Shown: piece after piece, positions 29,391 to 39,188 of the stretch
Numbering within the stretch: position 1 is the first letter of the stretch
Layout of the letters: each line of letters opens with the position of its first letter
NCBI GenBank assembly: GCA_040758355.1
Contig: JBFLWF010000012.1
Span: 15,870-79,869 of the forward strand
Origin: Nitrospirota bacterium
GTDB lineage: Bacteria; Nitrospirota; Thermodesulfovibrionia; Thermodesulfovibrionales; Dissulfurispiraceae
DNA length: 64,000 nt
Reading direction: 5' to 3'
Position numbers and translations under genes: made by a program
Notes under the pieces: generated by a model
What the model was told of the DNA's origin: nothing
Seen by the model: only the letters and a program-made list of their open reading frames with translations
The model's database searches: none

Positions 29391-29925
29391 GCTTTAATCG
29401 CTCCAGATAAATGGTAGACGGCTTTGTTCCAAACTTATTTATATCACGAAACCACCGTCCATCTGACTTTGCTTTCGCAATGAGATCGTCGGACTTCCCG
29501 AAACTCAATGCATGTCCCGGGCACTTGGTAACACATGCAGGTTTTTCATCCCTCGCAAGCCTGTGTGCGCAATATGTGCATTTGTCAGCAACCATTTTAT
29601 CCTCATCAAACCCCATGGCTCCGTAAGGACACGCCCATGAACAATAACGGCACCCAATACATTTGCTTTTGTCTATAAGCACAACGCCGTCTCCTTCCCT
29701 TTTATAAATCGCTCCGGTAGGGCATGCCTGTTTGCAAGCAGGCTTTCCGCAATGCATGCACGGCATTGAAACAAAGTAGAGCTTATTGCCTCCTTGCGGA
29801 TTCACCCATATTAACTTGGTTCTGTATCTGCCTTCCCCTATGCCATTTTCAAGTTTGCACGCAGTCTCGCATGATTTGCATCCAATGCATCTTTCTAAAT
29901 CAACCATTATCGTATATCGACTCAT
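29383..29925 (-). CDS. 4Fe-4S dicluster subunit (DmsB/NrfC family)
   Basis: CIGCKSC..C, CMHCGKPAC..CP, CIGCRYC..CP, KCTYC..C..CP. Confidence 0.93.
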   Translation of the reverse strand: MSRYTIMVDLERCIGCKSCETACKLENGIGEGRYRTKLIWVNPQGGNKLYFVSMPCMHCGKPACKQACPTGAIYKREGDGVVLIDKSKCIGCRYCSWACPYGAMGFDEDKMVADKCTYCAHRLARDEKPACVTKCPGHALSFGKSDDLIAKAKSDGRWFRDINKFGTKPSTIYLERLKLE

Positions 29926-29940
29926 TTTCCGCCTCCTTTG

Positions 29941-32337
29941 CTATGCCTTTGTTACTTTGCATATCAGCGCTTTAAAATTTATCTGATCGGAAACAGGACA
30001 CCTCTTGTTCTTATCAACAATAAAGTTTAACGATTTCCACTGGGTAAACGGCTGTTTTTCGGAATATGTGTTCGGCACGAAAACAGTGTCTTTCCTGATA
30101 CCCTCATAAACCCATGCCTTTGCAAATACATACCCCTTCAGTCCCTCTACCTTTACCTTATCGCCGTTCTGAATTCCTATTTCTATCGCCTTTTCAGGAT
30201 GTATCATGCAGTACTGGTCGGGCGTCTGCTCGCAGAGATTCCAGAGCCAGTGGCTGCCGTCGCCAAAGTGTGCCGCGGATGGCCTGCCTGATGTAAGATA
30301 CATGTCAAAGCCCGACATCTCGGGCTTCTCGGGATATTTGATCTTTACCCGCCGCGCCCTCATGTTGCCTACAGCCACTATGCCTTTCATCAGAGAGGTA
30401 ATGCCCACCGACGAATCGTCATCAAGATATTCAAGATAAGGAAGACCGTCCTTCATCCCGATCTCAGGGTCAACATAAAATTCAGGCAGGGGACTCAATC
30501 CCTGAGCCTTATACATTTTTTCCAAATCCTCAGTCCATATCTCAATCTTTCCTGAGGGTCTCGGGAACTGGCCTTTCTTGCCGGGCACTCCGTGCTTCTC
30601 GGTATAAAGAGTGCCTATCTCTGGAGCGTCCGGAGTCGGAAGCGGTCCTCTCAACGCGCCATCCTTCTTAGCAAAAAATCTCTCGGGCGAAAAACCTGTC
30701 TTCTTAGCCATCGCCCTTTGTAAAACCACAGGGTCTTTGTATTCGTCCTTAAATATATCTCCCCACCCCATCTTCTTGCCGAGTTCGATAAATATCCATC
30801 TTTCGGGTTTTGCCTGATGCAGCGGCTGGATGACCTGAGGTACAAATACGTTTCTCCTCTCATCGGAAACAGGAGCAACCCCTCCTGATTCGGCCCATGG
30901 AGACACAGGAAGAATATAGTCGAAATAGAATGTCTCTATGCTCGGAAACATATTGTAGTACACGGAGACCTCAAGGTTATCCAGCGCCGTCATTACCCTT
31001 TCGATGTCTCCCCATTGTACGAGCGGATTGCAGCATGCCATGAATGCCTTTATGGGATAAGGCTTCCCTGTGATCATCGGCTCAACCCATGCGATAGGAG
31101 ACCTTCCGAGCCTCTGTTTTTTTGGTTTTACTTCCTTATCGGCAGGCACGGAAATGCTTCCCATTGGCGTTGCGCCTGTATTTCCGCAGCCGTATCCCAT
31201 TGAAGGCTTTCCGAAATGACCTGTTATGGCGGCAAGCATAAAGAACGCCCTGTGGGTCAGATGGCCGTTTGTGTGGTGGCTCAAGCCGGCGTTGCCCATG
31301 ATTATCGCCTTTTCAGTCTTTGCGTATTCCTCCGCAAGCTCTTTAATCGTCTTTGCAGAAATTCCCGTAATTTTCTCAGCCCATTCGGGTGTGTATTTTT
31401 TCTCGATAAGAAACGCCTTGAGTTTATCAAAGCCAAGCACCTTATTATTTATGAAGTCCTGATTTTGCAGGTTCTTCTCTATGATGTGATACATCATAGA
31501 AAGCGCCAACGCCATATCTGTCGAGGGCTTTATCGGGAGCCATACATCTGCCCTGCTTGCAGCCTCGGACATCCTCGGGTCGACCACAATAAATTTTGTC
31601 TTCCTTTTTATCCTTTCATCATTCGTTGCTCCGAACGCTACAGGTTTACATGCAGCCATATTACTGCCGACAAACATGTACCAGTCTGCGCCGCCGAAAT
31701 CTTCTCTCGTGTATGTCCACGGCGGGTTGTTATGTCCTAAAATGGAATTTGAAGCGGTCGTTCCCGCAAGATTACAAAAAGGGCCGGTTCCTTCGCGATG
31801 CGGAGTGCCGTAAAGTTTCTCGAACGTCCCTGTCAGCCCCGCTCTTGCCTGGGATTCGCTCCTACCTCCGGTCCACCACGCAAGCGCCTCGGGGCCGTAT
31901 TTCTCTTTAACCGCTTTAAGTTTATCTGCAATCTCAGTTAATGCCTGCTCCCAGCTTATCTCCTGATATGATTCCGGCTTGCCCCTCGGCCCTATGCGCT
32001 TTAAAGGAGCCTTCAGGCGGTATTTGTTATACAGCATGTTCACGCTGTTCTGTCCCTTCGGACAGAGCTTGCCGCCTGTTACAGGGTCGTCAGGATTGCC
32101 GTAAATATTAATAATCCTCCCTGCCTTTACATGCACCTTCATGCTGCATCCCGTCTGACACCATTGACAGCCTGCTGTCACCGCCCTGTCGGGCATAGGC
32201 GCTATACCGCTTTCGGCATATGGTTTATGGGTTTTAAAATTTTCCGTGCCTTTTACACTTAAAGGCATTCCCGCAACTGCCGCAGCGGCGCCTGCAACCT
32301 TTAGAAATGTCCTTCTTGAAAGCCTTAGCTTATCCAT
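29941..32337 (-). CDS. Tat-exported molybdopterin oxidoreductase catalytic subunit (DMSO reductase family; substrate unknown)
   Basis: SRRTFLK, CQWCQTGC..LCPKG, VDPR, IHPEKA; GGAGG RBS. Confidence 0.92.
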   Translation of the reverse strand: MDKLRLSRRTFLKVAGAAAAVAGMPLSVKGTENFKTHKPYAESGIAPMPDRAVTAGCQWCQTGCSMKVHVKAGRIINIYGNPDDPVTGGKLCPKGQNSVNMLYNKYRLKAPLKRIGPRGKPESYQEISWEQALTEIADKLKAVKEKYGPEALAWWTGGRSESQARAGLTGTFEKLYGTPHREGTGPFCNLAGTTASNSILGHNNPPWTYTREDFGGADWYMFVGSNMAACKPVAFGATNDERIKRKTKFIVVDPRMSEAASRADVWLPIKPSTDMALALSMMYHIIEKNLQNQDFINNKVLGFDKLKAFLIEKKYTPEWAEKITGISAKTIKELAEEYAKTEKAIIMGNAGLSHHTNGHLTHRAFFMLAAITGHFGKPSMGYGCGNTGATPMGSISVPADKEVKPKKQRLGRSPIAWVEPMITGKPYPIKAFMACCNPLVQWGDIERVMTALDNLEVSVYYNMFPSIETFYFDYILPVSPWAESGGVAPVSDERRNVFVPQVIQPLHQAKPERWIFIELGKKMGWGDIFKDEYKDPVVLQRAMAKKTGFSPERFFAKKDGALRGPLPTPDAPEIGTLYTEKHGVPGKKGQFPRPSGKIEIWTEDLEKMYKAQGLSPLPEFYVDPEIGMKDGLPYLEYLDDDSSVGITSLMKGIVAVGNMRARRVKIKYPEKPEMSGFDMYLTSGRPSAAHFGDGSHWLWNLCEQTPDQYCMIHPEKAIEIGIQNGDKVKVEGLKGYVFAKAWVYEGIRKDTVFVPNTYSEKQPFTQWKSLNFIVDKNKRCPVSDQINFKALICKVTKA

Positions 32338-32365
32338 ATCAAACCCTCCTTCTATCCGTATCAAA

Positions 32366-33141
32366 TTAATAAAGCCCGAACGACTTCGAGATAACAGATA
32401 GGTCTCCCGTGAGCTTTGCCTTCAGCGCATTAAGCTTGCCGAGTCTCTTCGTAAACATCTCCTTTACCTTTTCCCTGTGCCGTTTGTCGATGCTCTCTGT
32501 TATAAGCTCCCTTCTCTTTTCGGCCCTTTCCATGCTATTTATTTCAAGTAAACAACTCTCTATTTTTTTAAGCTCCTCCGACTCCAATGCAACACAGTAT
32601 TTAAAATTTTCAAAATAGGATGCCGTAACCTTCAATTCATGCCTGTCAATGTCCTTGAGCCTGCGAATATTTGCTTTCCTGTCTTTATTCACCACAACGC
32701 CCCTGTCAATGCACTCATAACCACAGTTGCGGTACATACTCAGACTGCCGTTCTCCATAATGAGCGACTCAGGGAAGAGACGGCAGTGAATAGGCCTGAT
32801 ATCATAAACCGAACACTTGCCGTCTTTGAGAAATCTGCATGGGAATATCAGCCCTACAGAAGGGATAAGGAGGCACGTGCCCGGTATCCTGTTCCATATC
32901 ACCTCGCAGTAGTCCTTAAAAAAATCCCCACCCCTCATCGAGAGATGCTTGCACAGCCTGATAATATCTCCCAGTGTCAGTTCAAGGGGATTGCCCTTGT
33001 CAGTGCAGCACCGAACACATCCGTCAATACATCGAAAGCCTCTGTTGTCCGGGGACAGTCCCGAATCAGAGCCTGCTCCGTTTAATACGGGGGCTTCGCC
33101 CGTAATTCTGGGACAGTCCCCTTTTCTGTCTTTAACACCCA
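32366..33141 (-). CDS. YkgJ/CxxCxxCC family protein (start uncertain)
   Basis: CIDGCVRCC, CRFL..KCSVY..RP..CRLFP. Confidence 0.8.
33052..33120. repeat. Two GGGACAGTCCC REP-like palindromes
   Basis: Copies at 33052-33062 and 33110-33120; also at 39134-39170. Confidence 0.6.
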
Positions 33142-34067
33142 CAGGCCTCTTCCACAGAGATGTTGAGCTGTGATGTTGCCTTCTGTCCGTTTTCATCTTC
33201 AACAGTTAAGACAACCGCATAAACGCCCTGTGTAAATGTATGCTGGGCCTCTTTACCTGTAGCGCTTTCCCCATCTCCGAAGTCCCATCTTATGGATTTG
33301 ATCCTGCCGCTTCCGCCTCCAATAATGGCCTTGAATTTAACTGTATAGGGTGCATCGCCTCTCCTGTTTTTTACGCCGCCGATCTTTACCTTAAGCGGTC
33401 CTCCAGAAGCCAGTTCTTCTTCAACAAGCAGACTGCCGCCAAGACGCTTTGAAGCCTTCATCAATGAGTCCCTTGTTTTGTCCTGCATCTGCGCTGGAGC
33501 AGCAATGCTTCCGCCTATCTTCTGGACTGCCTGCTGTCCGTCATCCACCCTCAACTTGTTTACTCCCATATCCACAACTACCCTTCCCAAAATGGACCAG
33601 ATGGTGAACTCTTTCTTTGCGTCATCATATTTCAGTGCAAATTCAGCGCCCTGAGTCATAATGGGAACATTGCCTGCACTGATCTCAAAGTGAGTAAACA
33701 GGTGTTCGGGAACCTGAGCCTTTGCAAATATGCGGCCCTTTTCCAGTGTAAGGAGCGTCTTTTCCATGTTCCTGTCGCTCTCAAAGATAACTCCCTTCAG
33801 GATAATGGATGTTTCAGGATAAATTTCTACAATGCCGCCGTTTGACCATGTAAGGACAACGGCAGAATTAGCGCCTGTGGCAATCTTTTCATCCCTCTGA
33901 ACAATGTCGCCCTCTTTCAACGGAATACCGTTTTTTGTTACCGTACCATCTACCCTTGTAGCCCTCACTACAGATGCATCCTCGGCATAGGCGCTAACAA
34001 CGCCGACAAGCAAGATGCAATAAAACAAAACACTTAACACCAACACATTTCTGAAAAGTCTGAACAC
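33132..34067 (-). CDS. Exported FecR-like + PKD domain protein ending in CGC
   Basis: Signal peptide; FecR-like N-domain; WDFGDG..HTF..G.Y.V.LTV PKD signature. Confidence 0.8.
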   Translation of the reverse strand: MFRLFRNVLVLSVLFYCILLVGVVSAYAEDASVVRATRVDGTVTKNGIPLKEGDIVQRDEKIATGANSAVVLTWSNGGIVEIYPETSIILKGVIFESDRNMEKTLLTLEKGRIFAKAQVPEHLFTHFEISAGNVPIMTQGAEFALKYDDAKKEFTIWSILGRVVVDMGVNKLRVDDGQQAVQKIGGSIAAPAQMQDKTRDSLMKASKRLGGSLLVEEELASGGPLKVKIGGVKNRRGDAPYTVKFKAIIGGGSGRIKSIRWDFGDGESATGKEAQHTFTQGVYAVVLTVEDENGQKATSQLNISVEEACGC

Positions 34068-34094
34068 TTTCTAATACCTCCTGATTTTTGGTTC

Positions 34095-34496
34095 CTAATT
34101 TCTTGTTCCTTTAGCTTCTATTTTTTTGGGTCCCTGTGCCACAGAGCAGAAGGATTTGCGTCAACCGGCCTCGACATCGATGGTTGTGCTCGCAGTGTAT
34201 ATCCTGCCGTCTCCATCCCAGACCTCCAGCACCACATTACATTTCCCGTATTCGTAATAATGCGGTGGAGGGGTCTTTTCAGAACTCTCTTCTCCGTCTC
34301 CAAAGTACCAGTGAAACTTCAAAGGTTCTTTCAGTTTTCTTATCTTTGGTTCGAGCAGCCACATGGTGCCGCTCTCCGATGTCGGGACAGCAATAATCTC
34401 TACCCTGCCAGCCTTCTGTTCTTCAGCAAAGACATTCCCCGAGATCACAATGACCGCACTGCATACGACAAAAATATGGAAGAGGATTTTAACCAT
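34095..34496 (-). CDS. Exported PKD protein, candidate selenoprotein (VEAG-U-RKSFC...); ends at 34161 if UGA is stop
   Basis: Signal peptide; WYFGDG PKD motif; frame stays open past UGA to TAG at 34095. Confidence 0.7.
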
Positions 34497-34499
34497 AAT

Positions 34500-36272
34500 C
34501 TAAAATTCAAACTCGGCTCCAAGAACAACCTTTGAGGCAGGGTCGGCCTTTTGTCCATTCGCCTGCTGGTAAACTGCCGAAGGAACAAAATACCCAGCTT
34601 CTGTAAAACCCCTCAGACGTTTATAGATCGGGAAATTGAGATCGAGATCTATGCCCCATCCAATATCCCTTGTCTTTTCGGTTGTGAGAGAAGCCCCGCT
34701 GCTCCAGTCTATTCCGGGCACGGGACCCCTTCCTTTATAAACGATCTCTGTTGTCCAGTATCTTGCGAGGGCAATATTCGTTTGAAGGCTCTTAACAGGC
34801 TCGAACCCTGCAATTGCCCTGATAAATGTAACATTCGCGAGGTTGCTATCCCATAGATAATACCCAGCCCTCAAATCCTCGCTGAATATGTTTCCGAATT
34901 TCCTTCTGTCCTTGCATAGAAATAACCCTCTGAAATTTTTATAATCGCCGTTAACAGGATCGTCAACCTTGTTTCCCGATCCCCTCCCGAACTCCAGACC
35001 TGCCGAAAACTTCTTTAAAAAGCCCACATTGCCGAAATGATAATCGCCCCTCAGCAGAAAGGCATAGGCAGATAAATCCCTTGTATTGGTATACTGACCT
35101 GTAAGATAGATTAAGTCAGCCATGTATGAGATTCTTTCTCCTTTCCCTGACAGTGCGATGCCGAGCCAGAGAGGTTCAAAACTTCCGTCGCGCGGCGTAG
35201 TGTTTAAATTAAAATCCTTATCGAGGTTTAAATCAGGGTCGCCAAACTTACCCCTGTCAAATACCTTGAGGACATATGGCTCTATGTTCAAATCCCTCCT
35301 GGGCTTTATATTAAAGCTGATGAGAAAGCCATCCAGCTTGTTTGCAATGCCGAGGGCAGCGCTCCTGTCTCCGGCAGGCCCTGCTCCGAAGTTGTTGTAA
35401 TTCCTGAATCCTCCTGCAACAGCTATATATGTCAAATTCCCTGTGATCCTTCCCATAGGTGTCTGGCCAAAGGGATAAGAGATCTTGAATGCATCCACAG
35501 GACCTTCGAGCACTACACCATCATTTCCTGCCATGACATTTTGCCTGCCTGCCTTCGCAATAAAATCGCCCGTATACTGGACGTAGAGCTCCCTCACTAA
35601 TGCTGAGTTTACCGTAAGAAACTCTGACCATCTGTCGAGGGTGCCTTCGCTGTCTTCCTTCCAGTCAAACACAAAGTTCCCTTTGTCAAAAAGCACTACC
35701 CCTGTTATTGGGCCGTAGTCCGCCTCGATTTTCAACTGAAACCTCTGATCAAAATAGGTAGTGTTGTCGTATGTCCATGCCTGTCTCGGATTGTTGAGAT
35801 TGATATTATCCTTTACATTCAGCCGCAGTTTGTATTTCCCTGAAAATGCAAATTTCGTCTTCTCTTTTGCCTCCTCTTCTTCTTTTGCCGTCCTGGCATC
35901 TAATTTTCTTTTCCACGTCTCAAGTTCTGTAAGTCTTCTTCTTGCTTCTTCATCCCTCGCTTTCTGGATATCCGTTTCAACCACCGGCTCGCCCCATTCA
36001 TCTGCTGCTTCCTTTTTATCCTTTGCTTCGGCAACTGCAGGCTTTGAAGGAATAGCTGCCGGAGCAGGCTTTTTTTCCTGCAGGAGCCTATTCACCAGTG
36101 ACTCGAGGTCAGAGACGCGCTTCTCCAGTTTTTGAATATAGCCCTTTGTCTCATCATCAAGAGGGGAGGCTGCGTATGCCGATAAAGATGATGCTATCAG
36201 AGAAAAGACCATAAAGGTTGTTATTAAAATGTATCTGACAAAAATTATCGTTTTTTTCTTTTCAATGCTCAT
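34500..36272 (-). CDS. Outer-membrane beta-barrel with N-terminal coiled coil
   Basis: Signal peptide, coiled coil, amphipathic strands, C-terminal AEFEF. Confidence 0.75.
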   Translation of the reverse strand: MSIEKKKTIIFVRYILITTFMVFSLIASSLSAYAASPLDDETKGYIQKLEKRVSDLESLVNRLLQEKKPAPAAIPSKPAVAEAKDKKEAADEWGEPVVETDIQKARDEEARRRLTELETWKRKLDARTAKEEEEAKEKTKFAFSGKYKLRLNVKDNINLNNPRQAWTYDNTTYFDQRFQLKIEADYGPITGVVLFDKGNFVFDWKEDSEGTLDRWSEFLTVNSALVRELYVQYTGDFIAKAGRQNVMAGNDGVVLEGPVDAFKISYPFGQTPMGRITGNLTYIAVAGGFRNYNNFGAGPAGDRSAALGIANKLDGFLISFNIKPRRDLNIEPYVLKVFDRGKFGDPDLNLDKDFNLNTTPRDGSFEPLWLGIALSGKGERISYMADLIYLTGQYTNTRDLSAYAFLLRGDYHFGNVGFLKKFSAGLEFGRGSGNKVDDPVNGDYKNFRGLFLCKDRRKFGNIFSEDLRAGYYLWDSNLANVTFIRAIAGFEPVKSLQTNIALARYWTTEIVYKGRGPVPGIDWSSGASLTTEKTRDIGWGIDLDLNFPIYKRLRGFTEAGYFVPSAVYQQANGQKADPASKVVLGAEFEF

Positions 36273-37212
36273 GACGTTTTTCGCTTCCGACTCCATAGAA
36301 TATGGGGATTTCCTTAACCTTTCCATCACGCCCCATTACTTTATCCACCTTCCTCTCGCGGGTGTGGCACTCTATGCAGACGAGGCGTTTTAAAAGGGGT
36401 TTAAAGGTATAGGGATTTTCTGGATGTACAGCAGTAAAGAAGGGTATCCCGCCTTCATCTTTTCTCTGTACAAATAATTTCAACGGGCCATAAGGTTGTA
36501 TTCTGGATTCTCTTATTATCTTTGCCTTTTCAATGCACTCCTCCATACCCGTTTCACCGACAATTGCCTTTGAAAAACACTCCATTACAGCCTTTTCGTC
36601 AACAACAGCCTCTTTAAGTCCTTCCTTAGGCGCATATGCCTCATGACAGGTTGCACAGGTCATCTTTTTGAGTTCCTTAACTTTCACTACCCTGAAGGTC
36701 TGAGGAAATATATCGTTTATAATATTTCTATTCAGCCATTTGAGGTCTTCTTTGCTCCTCGTCTTGTTATACTCTGTCTCCGACTTTTTAGTCTCGCTGC
36801 CGAAAGCAACAATGCCCTTTAATTGGGAGACAAGATTTTCATCCATCAGGAGTCTGTTTATCTCATTAACAACGATGGTCTTTTCATCGCTGTTCAATAC
36901 TCCGGGCTTAAAACCACTTATGACCATTTTTGCTTCTGCACTTAATGGCAGAATCTTGAGTTTAGCCTGAAGATTCCTTAAAAAGTCAGGCCAATCCCTT
37001 ATTTCATCCATGGAAAAATCCGCAGTCCTCTGGCTCATGGCCTCAAGATGAATGGCATGGGGATGAGGATATTTCTTACCCTGTTTTGTTACAATGCCTC
37101 CATCCGTCCACTTTATGGCCTCTGACCATGCTGTAGCGGCAATCAACCCGAAAGCCATAATGCCGATTGCTGCAATTGATATTACAAGACGGTTTAAGCG
37201 ACTGTTTCGCAT
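36262..37212 (-). CDS. Periplasmic diheme c-type cytochrome
   Basis: Signal/TM segment; CATCH and CIECH. Confidence 0.75.
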   Translation of the reverse strand: MRNSRLNRLVISIAAIGIMAFGLIAATAWSEAIKWTDGGIVTKQGKKYPHPHAIHLEAMSQRTADFSMDEIRDWPDFLRNLQAKLKILPLSAEAKMVISGFKPGVLNSDEKTIVVNEINRLLMDENLVSQLKGIVAFGSETKKSETEYNKTRSKEDLKWLNRNIINDIFPQTFRVVKVKELKKMTCATCHEAYAPKEGLKEAVVDEKAVMECFSKAIVGETGMEECIEKAKIIRESRIQPYGPLKLFVQRKDEGGIPFFTAVHPENPYTFKPLLKRLVCIECHTRERKVDKVMGRDGKVKEIPIFYGVGSEKRHEH

Positions 37213-37910
37213 ATCTCCTCTCCTTCCTTACAGACCTTTGCATAGAGTTCTGAAACATATTCTTCTTCGCTCTTCATAAACTCTATTATGAAATTGGCAA
37301 CGGCCTTATAAAATCCGTATTCCGCCCTTTCGATGATCTTTTCACAGCATCGATACACCCACTTTAAAAGGTGCTCTTCCAAAAACATCTTCTGGAACTC
37401 GACACATTTCTGTAGCGATTCAATCCCGGTCTTTTCCCATGACTCCCTCTCTATCCCGCAAAGAAAGGCCATAAACTCCAATTCCATTCCAAGGTGATCC
37501 GGCATCTCGGTGCACTCTTTTAGAATATCCGCTCCCGCCTTTTCATAAAATTGGCCTACGCTTATGGTAATCCTGCCTCCGAGTTTCTTATCTTTGTCGA
37601 GATACACGGCCTCGTGCGGCAACAAATCCGACGGAAGAACAAACAAAGCGGTATGATCCGCCTCCAATTCTTCCTTAAGGTTCGGCATCTTCTCGGCCTG
37701 CCTTACGAATTCGAACAGTCCCGCGGGATAAGACTCTATACCTTCGCCGTCTTCGTAATTGTCCTGAAAGACCGACAATATGCTTCCGTCTCTTATCATC
37801 GCGATCAAAGAATCCGAAGGCGGCTTAAGACAGAGACCCGATAAAAACCTGTATGTCCTTTCCCTTTCTCCAGCTGTTATGGCTTCAAATTCGCTCACTT
37901 TAACCTCCAT
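37194..37910 (-). CDS. TorD/DmsD-family chaperone
   Basis: PHEAVY, PDHLGMELEFMAFL, EHLLKW. Confidence 0.9.
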   Translation of the reverse strand: MEVKVSEFEAITAGERERTYRFLSGLCLKPPSDSLIAMIRDGSILSVFQDNYEDGEGIESYPAGLFEFVRQAEKMPNLKEELEADHTALFVLPSDLLPHEAVYLDKDKKLGGRITISVGQFYEKAGADILKECTEMPDHLGMELEFMAFLCGIERESWEKTGIESLQKCVEFQKMFLEEHLLKWVYRCCEKIIERAEYGFYKAVANFIIEFMKSEEEYVSELYAKVCKEGEEICETVA

Positions 37911-37912
37911 CT

Positions 37913-39100
37913 CTATGTCGATGCTTTAATAAACCCGTTTTGAATAAACGCCATCTGTTTTTTATGCCTGCTCACACATAAAGGGCATATATCCCCGCCG
38001 ATATCCTGAGATTCGGTATCTCCGGCCGTTTGAACAAATTCGAACCTGCATATGGAGCAGGTCTTTCTTTCGCTTTCAAAAAGCGTGATCTCCGCGTTCT
38101 CCATCAGATAATTCAGCCTTGCCGTCTCTTTTATTTTTATAGCATTAGGCATGCAGGTCTCCACGCAGACCTTGCAGTTAACACACAATGCCGGTTTAAA
38201 GCTCAAATGAAATTTTCCGGCCTCCTGCCTTTGGGTTAAAGCACCGGCAGGACAGAGCGTAGCACAGACACCGCAGCCGGTGCATCCGGAAGATACCTCA
38301 AGCTCCGCAAGTATTGCGCCGGTTGACGGCACATGCGTTTCTTTGGAAGACGAAAACCCCTCAAGCGCCTGCATCAGGAGATTCCTTTTAAAATTTTCGG
38401 GTTTCTTAGAGATAGCTCCGATAAATGTTTCTTTCTGCTCTCCTTCGATTCCGACATCTGGAATGGATGTTACTGCCACCTCAGCCGCCTTTGCCCTGAG
38501 CGCGGAGAATAATTCCCTCCTCGAAACCGCTTTCTCCGGCATTTTCGATAAAGGCTGAAGCGATATGTTCTTTATAACAAGCCTGTCCTTTTCTATGCCC
38601 GCCGTCTCATAAATAATCGAAACGTTATTAATAACCCTGTCGATATTGGTGGAAGCCTTTGAATTCGGACACGCCGCGCATTCGGGGCGCGATATCTCTA
38701 TATTCAAAACGCCCGCCTTTATAGGCTCAAGAAGCGTAGCCTCGCTGAGACGTCCGAGGCACGGCACCATAAGGTCGGCGCTGTCGTCTCCACGCTGACA
38801 TGAAATACGGAATACTTTTGCTTTCTTAGACTTTTCTCTTATTTCAGCAACGATCTTTTCATCAGCCGTTTCCTTCATCCTGAAAACGCCGTTTGGACAC
38901 GCGGAAACGCATACTCCGCAATCTACGCAGCCTGCTTTTATCTCCGCTCCGTCCTCCGAAATGCCGACAGCGTCCGCAGGGCACGAATCGGCGCAGATCG
39001 AACAATCCGATTTCGGCGTCCTGAAACGCGAACATAAAGACGCTTCTATCAGGATATGATGATTATTGATAATTTTATCCGCTACTTCTGCAACTCCCAT
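37913..39100 (-). CDS. Multi-4Fe-4S ferredoxin-like protein
   Basis: Several CxxCxxCxxxCP motifs; start moved past REP-derived extension. Confidence 0.85.
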   Translation of the reverse strand: MGVAEVADKIINNHHILIEASLCSRFRTPKSDCSICADSCPADAVGISEDGAEIKAGCVDCGVCVSACPNGVFRMKETADEKIVAEIREKSKKAKVFRISCQRGDDSADLMVPCLGRLSEATLLEPIKAGVLNIEISRPECAACPNSKASTNIDRVINNVSIIYETAGIEKDRLVIKNISLQPLSKMPEKAVSRRELFSALRAKAAEVAVTSIPDVGIEGEQKETFIGAISKKPENFKRNLLMQALEGFSSSKETHVPSTGAILAELEVSSGCTGCGVCATLCPAGALTQRQEAGKFHLSFKPALCVNCKVCVETCMPNAIKIKETARLNYLMENAEITLFESERKTCSICRFEFVQTAGDTESQDIGGDICPLCVSRHKKQMAFIQNGFIKAST

Positions 39101-39133
39101 GCTTGCACCTCTCAAAATTAGTTTTCGGTTATC

Positions 39134-39170
39134 GGGGACAGTCCCTGTCTTAATAACAGGGACTGTCCCC
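39134..39170. repeat. REP-like doublet hairpin
   Basis: GGGGACAGTCCCTGT-N7-ACAGGGACTGTCCCC. Confidence 0.7.
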
Positions 39171-39188
39171 TTTGCCTTAAAACCCTTA

